From Antedon mediterranea (lineage: Eukaryota; Animalia; Echinodermata), in the NCBI RefSeq assembly GCF_964355755.1, contig NC_092676.1, positions 2,237,788 to 2,301,787 on the forward strand: 64,000 nt of DNA, written 5' to 3'. Position numbers and translations under genes: made by a program. Under the pieces are notes generated by a model that was not told where the DNA came from, did no database searches, and worked only from the letters and a program-made list of their open reading frames with translations. How positions within the stretch are numbered: position 1 is the first letter of the stretch; every line of letters starts with the position of its first letter. Shown one piece after another: positions 52,762-64,000 of this stretch.

Positions 52762-55700
52762 TTAAACTTATCAGATTTAAGTTGTACTTGATGTAACTAG
52801 TCAATGGCACGTCCGACGGATGAACTAGTAAGCGTAGCTTGGTTGCAGTAGATTACTTGAACTTCAGTTGGTGATCTCTTCCTCAAAATCCTAGTCACGG
52901 CACCAAAGAAGGTTCTTGCTGGTTACACACCAAATTCAGGATTTGAGGTGACGTTCACGCAATGAATACTCCGAGACGGTTTTGTTGGCTTTCAAATAGT
53001 TTTATTCTCACTGCGGATCACGTGATACTTAATTAACCAATAAAATGGCAAAGATATGGTGTGTTATAAACTTTGATGACGTACGAATTGCTGCTTTTCT
53101 TCGTGCAGCTTTTAGGCATACCTAGTACTGGATTGTGATTCTTCCTCGCCGTCATGCAGTACTTGCTGGTCTACAAAACTTTAGGCTGAGATATCTCAGG
53201 AAGTAGACATGGTATCAAGATATTTTTTTTTTAGCATTTTTATAAATCTTGGATTATGTAGGTTATGTAGTATTTGTGAAAATCTCAATTTTGAAAATTC
53301 CGACTTATGTCTGCTTTCCCTTGCATGTGCCACATATCTGAATACGTGAATAGCATACTGTATACAAAATGGTGACTTTAGAATACTGTTTGTAATAACA
53401 ATGCAATTCAAATTGAAAATCATGTTTTGAAGGATTATCTTCATTTATGGGCAATCTCACAGTAACCTAGGCCGCAAGTGTCTCGCAGGGAAAAGACAAT
53501 TAAACATCAGTTACGAACACGTTTGTATCAGCCACTATTTAGATTTTAATTAAAATTTGTATTGAATTACCACATAACATAATACGTACAACTGGTATTT
53601 TGATTTAATAAGGAGTGTCAGTGACAAACCAAGAATAGAAAGGCCACACCCAATATACGAAATATAAAAGAGAGCCAATTGATGCTTCTCGGGCAGCTCT
53701 GCCGTATCACCATATACATCCTAGAAAACAAAATGCATTTATATTCCTCTGGTATTTTTTACACATAGCTCTAATTATTCAGATAATGAAAGCACTAACC
53801 ATAAGTAAAGCAAAGTTTGTGAAATGATTGCATTTACACGTTGTACTTGTATCATTTGTTGAATCAACCCAGCACCCATTAGTTGACCAACCTCCGATTC
53901 CTCCTGAAATTTTGGATTATAAAAGAAAATTGTTAAAATGAACAACTGATTCCCATCTACAAAACTACCCCAATTTACTTTAAAAAGGTAAACGTATGGA
54001 TGCTACAGTAGACACATTTTAGTATTTTATGTAAAAACCTTTACAAAATTGCTATTTTATAACATTACCGTTAGCAGTAAAATTCCAGAATACACATTTT
54101 TAAACAAAAAAACAAAACTGTTATAATTCAAAGAAACTTTATTATTAGAATAAAAAACTGTCACTATTTTATGCAAGTTTACGTTGTGTTTTATGAATGA
54201 AATATAAAAAAGAATGTATACAGTATCTTCAACTAATATGCCTATGGCATAAACACAGATTAAAAACTTACGTCTGTTTGTCTGTGAATAAGAGTTATGG
54301 AAATTGGAGATAACGGATCTGTCGGAGCCAAGTCCCCAATTGTAGCCAATATAACAAAACTGTTCAATACGTTTGTTTTAATTGGTTCTTCAAATGTTTC
54401 GTAATTAGAAAAAGAAAAGCTGGCACTTCTGATCAACAATATTATTATACAAAACTACAAGTTACAATACTAGACTATCATTAAATACTTTTTCAATACA
54501 TAATAATTATTTTGTTATAAATGATTTTAACTTCAATTCATTTTTAAAAAAAGAAGATGAAAACGTTCTAATTTACGTAAAAGAACTTTGACAGCACTAT
54601 GCATCAAAGTAAACTGTGTCTGTAAAGAAACAAACTGGCATCTTGGTATCGGTCCGATTTGCTCGAACATAGATCTCGGCATAGTAACAGATGTAAAATC
54701 ACTCACTCAGTAGAACGAATACTGAACGACACGTGATACTTAATTAACCAATAAAATGGCAAAGATATGGTGTGTTATAAACTTTGATGACGTACGAATT
54801 GCTGCTTTTCTTTGTGCAGCTTTTAGGCATACCTAGTACTGGATTGTGATTCTTCCTCGCCGTCATGCAGTACTTGCTGATCTACATCTTCTGCCATTTG
54901 ACTTGCACTTTCCGTCACGTTCCCCATACCTGTATACGTCCATCCAAGGTCCTTCGAATGGTAACACATGTAGTTTTTTTTGTTCCATTAGATGTAACTG
55001 CATTGATCAGTTCTGTCAGTTCAGACTTGTTAAGTTTTCTTACCAAACTGTTTATTGCTGATGTTTTGAATCTGTCTGGTCGTCCTTTGCTATAGGAAAT
55101 TAGATTGTCTACAGCATCCATATTTATATTCTCTCACAATGTACCTGTAGTTTAAACATAAACCGGAAGCGGTTTCACAAGCCTTTGGGCCTGTGCTGTA
55201 GAAATCAGCCATAGGAGTGTCTGACAGAAGCTCATCACTAAAATTTTGTCTTAAAATTGAAAAAATAACTTCTGGATCATTGGTTGATTTGCATCGAAGA
55301 CCAACCTTTACAATTGATTTTGCTTTTCCTAGGAGGAGGGACAAAATTTCTTCCCCGACCTCTTGTATAGGAAGATATTTCTGATATATGATCTTATTTG
55401 GTCCTCCCAATCTAAATAGGGTACTTTAGCGGACTCGCCACGAAAGACTGGAGGTTGCCTTATCTCTTGCTTCATTACTATTTGTGGTTGTATTAGAGGG
55501 GCCGTTATGGTGGAAGTTCTATCTGCTCTTAACCTAATATTATCAACATGGGTTGGTACAGACTGTGGTCCTGGTCTTATCATCCCACGACCCCTTCCTC
55601 TCCCTCGGGGAGTCGATACAATTGACATGATATTATATATAGATTGCAATTATATTAAATATATAAGAAAATAAAATATATTAAACTTATCAGATTTAAG

Positions 55701-57760
55701 TTGTACTTGATGTAACTAGTCAATGGCACGTCCGACGGATGAACTAGTAAGCGTAGCTTGGTTGCAGTAGATTACTTGAACTTCAGTTGGTGATCTCTTC
55801 CTCAAAATCCTAGTCACGGCACCAAAGAAGGTTCTTGCTGGTTACACACCAAATTCAGGATTTGAGGTGACGTTCACGCAATGAATACTCTGAGACGGTT
55901 TTGTTGGCTTTCAAATAGTTTTATTCTCACTGCGGATCACGTGATACTTAATTAACCAATAAAATGGCAAAGATATGGTGTGTTATAAACTTTGATGACG
56001 TACGAATTGCTGCTTTTCTTCGTGCAGCTTTTAGGCATACCTAGTACTGGATTGTGATTCTTCCTCGCCGTCATGCAGTACTTGCTGGTCTACAAAACTT
56101 TAGGCTGAGATATCTCAGGAAGTAGACATGGTATCAAGATATTTTTTTTTTAGCATTTTTATAAATCTTGGATTATGTAGGTTATGTAGTATTTGTGAAA
56201 ATCTCAATTTTGAAAATTCCGACTTATGTCTGCTTTCCCTTGCATGTGCCACATATCTGAATACGTGAATAGCATACTGTATACAAAATGGTGACTTTAG
56301 AATACTGTTTGTAATAACAATGCAATTCAAATTGAAAATCATGTTTTGAAGGATTATCTTCATTTATGGGCAATCTCACAGTAACCTAGGCCGCAAGTGT
56401 CTCGCAGGGAAAAGACAATTAAACATCAGTTACGAACACGTTTGTATCAGCCACTATTTAGATTTTAATTAAAATTTGTATTGAATTACCACATAACATA
56501 ATACGTACAACTGGTATTTTGATTTAATAAGGAGTGTCAGTGACAAACCAAGAATAGAAAGGCCACACCCAATATACGAAATATAAAAGAGAGCCAATTG
56601 ATGCTTCTCGGGCAGCTCTGCCGTATCACCATATACATCCTAGAAAACAAAATGCATTTATATTCCTCTGGTATTTTTTACACATAGCTCTAATTATTCA
56701 GATAATGAAAGCACTAACCATAAGTAAAGCAAAGTTTGTGAAATGATTGCATTTACACGTTGTACTTGTATCATTTGTTGAATCAACCCAGCACCCATTA
56801 GTTGACCAACCTCCGATTCCTCCTGAAATTTTGGATTATAAAAGAAAATTGTTAAAATGAACAACTGATTCCCATCTACAAAACTACCCCAATTTACTTT
56901 AAAAAGGTAAACGTATGGATGCTACAGTAGACACATTTTAGTATTTTATGTAAAAACCTTTACAAAATTGCTATTTTATAACATTACCGTTAGCAGTAAA
57001 ATTCCAGAATACACATTTTTAAACAAAAAAACAAAACTGTTATAATTCAAAGAAACTTTATTATTAGAATAAAAAACTGTCACTATTTTATGCAAGTTTA
57101 CGTTGTGTTTTATGAATGAAATATAAAAAAGAATGTATACAGTATCTTCAACTAATATGCCTATGGCATAAACACAGATTAAAAACTTACGTCTGTTTGT
57201 CTGTGAATAAGAGTTATGGAAATTGGAGATAACGGATCTGTCGGAGCCAAGTCCCCAATTGTAGCCAATATAACAAAACTGTTCAATACGTTTGTTTTAA
57301 TTGGTTCTTCAAATGTTTCGTAATTAGAAAAAGAAAAGCTGGCACTTCTGATCAACAATATTATTATACAAAACTACAAGTTACAATACTAGACTATCAT
57401 TAAATACTTTTTCAATACATAATAATTATTTTGTTATAAATGATTTTAACTTCAATTCATTTTTAAAAAAAGAAGATGAAAACGTTCTAATTTACGTAAA
57501 AGAACTTTGACAGCACTATGCATCAAAGTAAACTGTGTCTGTAAAGAAACAAACTGGCATCTTGGTATCGGTCCGATTTGCTCGAACATAGATCTCGGCA
57601 TAGTAACAGATGTAAAATCACTCACTCAGTAGAACGAATACTGAACGAATACTGAACGACACGTGATACTTAATTAACCAATAAAATGGCAAAGATATGG
57701 TGTGTTATAAACTTTGATGACGTACGAATTGCTGCTTTTCTTTGTGCAGCTTTTAGGCAT

Positions 57761-59364
57761 ACCTAGTACTAGATTGTGATTCTTCCTCGCCGTCATGCAG
57801 TACTTGCTGGTCTACATCTTCTGCCATTTGACTTGCACTTTCCATCACGTTCCCCATAACCTGTCTGCTAGAATCTTTATAAACAGCAATATTGTTTGCC
57901 AAGTTTTCCATTACCGTAACGACAATCTCGAAGTCATCGGTCGTGAAGTCGCCAGCAGAGGACGTCTTATCCATCAGCATAGTAGAAAGTGGCAATGCAC
58001 TTTCTGAAAAAAAGTACAATAATGACCAATACATAACAGGCACACAACTGAAAGTTGTTTGAAAACAATGTTTTAGGATAAAAACTTTCCCGTTGGCGCA
58101 ATATATGCTATGCCACACCCATCGATTAACGTTGATCACCTTTGTACATATTGGCAGCTGCTTCAATATTTCTTTGTCGATACAAATTATCTGGTGTTAT
58201 GAAAGTTAGGCGCGGGATCCATCATCCGATTGTATGTATTTCTGATATATTTCTTATTAATTTAAAAAATATTCATAATATCCATATTATTTTCAATGTG
58301 CACGTTTGACTTCCTGCAGTGACCTCTGTTGACACCAAAGCCTAAAAATTGCGTGTCAAGACGCTTTCGTAAGAGAATTTGGTACGATTTAAATTTGGAA
58401 AACATCTTTAATTTATTTTGAAAGAATTAAATATAGAAATAGATATATTGGTCACAAAAAAAGGAGAAGAAAGTGTGTCTTGATTGAAAAGCAGAGGAAG
58501 AAAACTAAAAGAATGTAAACGATAACGAAATACTGTCTACTGTAGATGTTTTCAGCTAATGACGACATGGACACAATACAAAAACGAGAAGTAAGAAAAT
58601 AATTCTAAAAGAATTATAATATAGGTTAATTGATTTATTTTATTTATTTTATTCATTTCGGCAATAAACATAAAATAATAATTACAAAAAAAACATAAAA
58701 ATATATATATATATATGAAAAACAAGACACGAGGCCGAGGAAAGACAAAAGCATTAAACAAACGCTGTCACCGGTAAGGTGTGTCTCTCCAACACATAAA
58801 TAACAAATAACAAGAATATATACAAATATAGTAGACATATCATTTCATTTAAAAATTTAAAAAGTTTCTCTCCGAGATTTAAAATATAGCTTTAGAGATA
58901 ATTTAAAATTAATAAAAGAACCATTAACAAAAACATCACGAATCAGATTGGGTATGGAATTCCAAGTTCTAGTGAATCTGGTCGGGATGCAAAATGATAG
59001 ATGTATATTTAAACATTGGTATTGGTAGTACGTCATAGTTGTATTTTTACCATTTTCTTGTTGAAAAGTTGCCTGGGTTGTATGGACATTCAACTTTTGC
59101 TGTGGTTTTTCCTTCAGTTTGTAGCCAAACAAATGTGCCCTGGAGATCTGTCAACGTTTCACCTCGACTTGTCTGCACTGTCTCTTGTCCAGATGTTTCA
59201 TTTAAGAAATGAGTTGTTGAATTCTGAACAAGTGATGTGGTCATTAAAGTTGTTGATGGAGTCGTATTAGTGAGAGTAGTTGACAATGCTGGTTCTGTAG
59301 TTTCTGCCCCAGGATGGGTAGAAGGTGGCTGTGTGTGGTATCATTACTTTCTTCTTCATCACTG
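57761..59364 (-). pseudogene. Additional upstream adhesion-GPCR exons present only in the long unit: Thr-rich stalk/hormone-receptor-like exon and full GAIN-A exon
   Basis: TTLTNTTPSTT...GTFVWLQTEGKTTAKVECPYNPGNFSTRK|gt, and ag|ESALPLSTML...DFEIVVTVMENL...VMGNVMESASQMAEDVDQQVLHDGEEESQSSTR|gt, whose tail is the piece kept in the short units. Confidence 0.7.
58630..59005 (-). mobile_element. 5'-truncated LINE 3' end (CR1/L2-like)
   Basis: RFTRTWNSIPNLIR...FINFKLSLKLYF ORF2-terminal pattern followed by a UTR and an (aaata)n tail. Confidence 0.55.
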
Positions 59365-62300
59365 TAGGCATTTAAATAGCATAATTAATAAATTATTTAT
59401 AAATTGAATACCTGTATACTGTACGTCCATCCAAGGTCCTTCGAATGGTAACAAATTAATTTTTTTTTTTAGTGCCATTTGAAATAACTGCATTTATCAG
59501 TTCTGTCAGTTCGGAGTTTTCAAGTTTTTTGACCAAACTGTTGATGGCAGAGGTTTTGAATCCGTCTGGTCCTCCTTGGCTATGGCAAATTAGATTGTCT
59601 ACAGCATCCATATTTATATTCTCTCACAATGTACCTGTAGTTTAAACATAAACCGGAAGCGGTTTCACAAGCCTTTGGGCCTGTGCTGTAGAAATCAGCC
59701 ATAGGAGTGTCTGACAGAAGCTCATCACTAAAATTTTGTCTTAAAATTGAAAAAATAACTTCTGGATCATTGGTTGATTTGCATCGAAGACCAACCTTTA
59801 CAATTGATTTTGCTTTTCCTAGGAGGAGGGACAAAATTTCTTCCCCGACCTCTTGTATAGGAAGATATTTCTGATATATGATCTTATTTGGTCCTCCCAA
59901 TCTAAATAGGGTACTTTAGCGGACTCGCCACGAAAGACTGGAGGTTGCCTTATCTCTTGCTTCATTACTATTTGTGGTTGTATTAGAGGGGCCGTTATGG
60001 TGGAAGTTCTATCTGCTCTTAACCTAATATTATCAACATGGGTTGGTACAGACTGTGGTCCTGGTCTTATCATCCCACGACCCCTTCCTCTCCCTCGGGG
60101 AGTCGATACAATTGACATGATATTATATATAGATTGCAATTATATTAAATATATAAGAAAATAAAATATATTAAACTTATCAGATTTAAGTTGTACTTGA
60201 TGTAACTAGTCAATGGCACGTCCGACGGATGAACTAGTAAGCGTAGCTTGGTTGCAGTAGATTACTTGAACTTCAGTTGGTGATCTCTTCCTCAAAATCC
60301 TAGTCACGGCACCAAAGAAGGTTCTTGCTGGTTACACACCAAATTCAGGATTTGAGGTGACGTTCACGCAATGAATACTCCGAGACGGTTTTGTTGGCTT
60401 TCAAATAGTTTTATTCTCACTGCGGATCACGTGATACTTAATTAACCAATAAAATGGCAAAGATATGGTGTGTTATAAACTTTGATGACGTACGAATTGC
60501 TGCTTTTCTTCGTGCAGCTTTTAGGCATACCTAGTACTGGATTGTGATTCTTCCTCGCCGTCATGCAGTACTTGCTGGTCTACAAAACTTTAGGCTGAGA
60601 TATCTCAGGAAGTAGACATGGTATCAAGATATTTTTTTTTTAGCATTTTTATAAATCTTGGATTATGTAGGTTATGTAGTATTTGTGAAAATCTCAATTT
60701 TGAAAATTCCGACTTATGTCTGCTTTCCCTTGCATGTGCCACATATCTGAATACGTGAATAGCATACTGTATACAAAATGGTGACTTTAGAATACTGTTT
60801 GTAATAACAATGCAATTCAAATTGAAAATCATGTTTTGAAGGATTATCTTCATTTATGGGCAATCTCACAGTAACCTAGGCCGCAAGTGTCTCGCAGGGA
60901 AAAGACAATTAAACATCAGTTACGAACACGTTTGTATCAGCCACTATTTAGATTTTAATTAAAATTTGTATTGAATTACCACATAACATAATACGTACAA
61001 CTGGTATTTTGATTTAATAAGGAGTGTCAGTGACAAACCAAGAATAGAAAGGCCACACCCAATATACGAAATATAAAAGAGAGCCAATTGATGCTTCTCG
61101 GGCAGCTCTGCCGTATCACCATATACATCCTAGAAAACAAAATGCATTTATATTCCTCTGGTATTTTTTACACATAGCTCTAATTATTCAGATAATGAAA
61201 GCACTAACCATAAGTAAAGCAAAGTTTGTGAAATGATTGCATTTACACGTTGTACTTGTATCATTTGTTGAATCAACCCAGCACCCATTAGTTGACCAAC
61301 CTCCGATTCCTCCTGAAATTTTGGATTATAAAAGAAAATTGTTAAAATGAACAACTGATTCCCATCTACAAAACTACCCCAATTTACTTTAAAAAGGTAA
61401 ACGTATGGATGCTACAGTAGACACATTTTAGTATTTTATGTAAAAACCTTTACAAAATTGCTATTTTATAACATTACCGTTAGCAGTAAAATTCCAGAAT
61501 ACACATTTTTAAACAAAAAAACAAAACTGTTATAATTCAAAGAAACTTTATTATTAGAATAAAAAACTGTCACTATTTTATGCAAGTTTACGTTGTGTTT
61601 TATGAATGAAATATAAAAAAGAATGTATACAGTATCTTCAACTAATATGCCTATGGCATAAACACAGATTAAAAACTTACGTCTGTTTGTCTGTGAATAA
61701 GAGTTATGGAAATTGGAGATAACGGATCTGTCGGAGCCAAGTCCCCAATTGTAGCCAATATAACAAAACTGTTCAATACGTTTGTTTTAATTGGTTCTTC
61801 AAATGTTTCGTAATTAGAAAAAGAAAAGCTGGCACTTCTGATCAACAATATTATTATACAAAACTACAAGTTACAATACTAGACTATCATTAAATACTTT
61901 TTCAATACATAATAATTATTTTGTTATAAATGATTTTAACTTCAATTCATTTTTAAAAAAAGAAGATGAAAACGTTCTAATTTACGTAAAAGAACTTTGA
62001 CAGCACTATGCATCAAAGTAAACTGTGTCTGTAAAGAAACAAACTGGCATCTTGGTATCGGTCCGATTTGCTCGAACATAGATCTCGGCATAGTAACAGA
62101 TGTAAAATCACTCACTCAGTAGAACGAATACTGAACGACACGTGATACTTAATTAACCAATAAAATGGCAAAGATATGGTGTGTTATAAACTTTGATGAC
62201 GTACGAATTGCTGCTTTTCTTTGTGCAGCTTTTAGGCATACCTAGTACTGGATTGTGATTCTTCCTCGCCGTCATGCAGTACTTGCTGATCTACATCTTC

Positions 62301-64000
62301 TGCCATTTGACTTGCACTTTCCGTCACGTTCCCCATACCTGTATACGTCCATCCAAGGTCCTTCGAATGGTAACACATGTAGTTTTTTTTGTTCCATTAG
62401 ATGTAACTGCATTGATCAGTTCTGTCAGTTCAGACTTGTTAAGTTTTCTTACCAAACTGTTTATTGCTGATGTTTTGAATCTGTCTGGTCGTCCTTTGCT
62501 ATAGGAAATTAGATTGTCTACAGCATCCATATTTATATTCTCTCACAATGTACCTGTAGTTTAAACATAAACCGGAAGCGGTTTCACAAGCCTTTGGGCC
62601 TGTGCTGTAGAAATCAGCCATAGGAGTGTCTGACAGAAGCTCATCACTAAAATTTTGTCTTAAAATTGAAAAAATAACTTCTGGATCATTGGTTGATTTG
62701 CATCGAAGACCAACCTTTACAATTGATTTTGCTTTTCCTAGGAGGAGGGACAAAATTTCTTCCCCGACCTCTTGTATAGGAAGATATTTCTGATATATGA
62801 TCTTATTTGGTCCTCCCAATCTAAATAGGGTACTTTAGCGGACTCGCCACGAAAGACTGGAGGTTGCCTTATCTCTTGCTTCATTACTATTTGTGGTTGT
62901 ATTAGAGGGGCCGTTATGGTGGAAGTTCTATCTGCTCTTAACCTAATATTATCAACATGGGTTGGTACAGACTGTGGTCCTGGTCTTATCATCCCACGAC
63001 CCCTTCCTCTCCCTCGGGGAGTCGATACAATTGACATGATATTATATATAGATTGCAATTATATTAAATATATAAGAAAATAAAATATATTAAACTTATC
63101 AGATTTAAGTTGTACTTGATGTAACTAGTCAATGGCACGTCCGACGGATGAACTAGTAAGCGTAGCTTGGTTGCAGTAGATTACTTGAACTTCAGTTGGT
63201 GATCTCTTCCTCAAAATCCTAGTCACGGCACCAAAGAAGGTTCTTGCTGGTTACACACCAAATTCAGGATTTGAGGTGACGTTCACGCAATGAATACTCC
63301 GAGACGGTTTTGTTGGCTTTCAAATAGTTTTATTCTCACTGCGGATCACGTGATACTTAATTAACCAATAAAATGGCAAAGATATGGTGTGTTATAAACT
63401 TTGATGACGTACGAATTGCTGCTTTTCTTCGTGCAGCTTTTAGGCATACCTAGTACTGGATTGTGATTCTTCCTCGCCGTCATGCAGTACTTGCTGGTCT
63501 ACAAAACTTTAGGCTGAGATATCTCAGGAAGTAGACATGGTATCAAGATATTTTTTTTTTAGCATTTTTATAAATCTTGGATTATGTAGGTTATGTAGTA
63601 TTTGTGAAAATCTCAATTTTGAAAATTCCGACTTATGTCTGCTTTCCCTTGCATGTGCCACATATCTGAATACGTGAATAGCATACTGTATACAAAATGG
63701 TGACTTTAGAATACTGTTTGTAATAACAATGCAATTCAAATTGAAAATCATGTTTTGAAGGATTATCTTCATTTATGGGCAATCTCACAGTAACCTAGGC
63801 CGCAAGTGTCTCGCAGGGAAAAGACAATTAAACATCAGTTACGAACACGTTTGTATCAGCCACTATTTAGATTTTAATTAAAATTTGTATTGAATTACCA
63901 CATAACATAATACGTACAACTGGTATTTTGATTTAATAAGGAGTGTCAGTGACAAACCAAGAATAGAAAGGCCACACCCAATATACGAAATATAAAAGAG

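Larger units (their letters stand above)
45705..64000 (-). repeat. Tandem array of a chimeric ~2.9-kb unit (LTR end/PBS - gag half - Smad MH1 exon - aGPCR exons), ~6 units, continues past the window
   Basis: A marker ORF recurs at 46671, 49647, 53196, 56115, 60605 and 63524 (spacings 2976, 3549, 2919, 4490, 2919). Smad exon copies at 48447-48643, 51381-51572, 54930-55121, 59412-59611 and 62339-62530. Confidence 0.95.

Overview
AT-rich animal (invertebrate, probably deuterostome; inference) genomic DNA with spliceosomal introns. The left 35 kb holds four intact spliced genes: GOPC/PIST (+, 8 coding exons), a metabotropic-glutamate-receptor-like class C GPCR (-, 3 coding exons), a secreted astacin metalloprotease ending in a kringle domain (+), and LYRM2 (-, missed by the ORF track). 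Between them are MITEs, minisatellites, a probable Helitron and transposon excision footprints. From about 40.7 kb to the window end no intact gene is visible. That block contains a SINE tail, a truncated Polinton/Maverick-type PolB N-terminus, LINE fragments, a Gypsy gag/PBS/LTR fragment, seven copies of a divergent Smad4-like MH1 exon and adhesion-GPCR (GAIN/GPS/TM1) exons. Every orientable piece lies on the minus strand. From about 45.7 kb the gag, Smad and aGPCR pieces form a chimeric ~2.9-kb unit that is tandemly amplified (about 6 units, running off the end). Family assignments come from motif recognition by eye, not from database searches.
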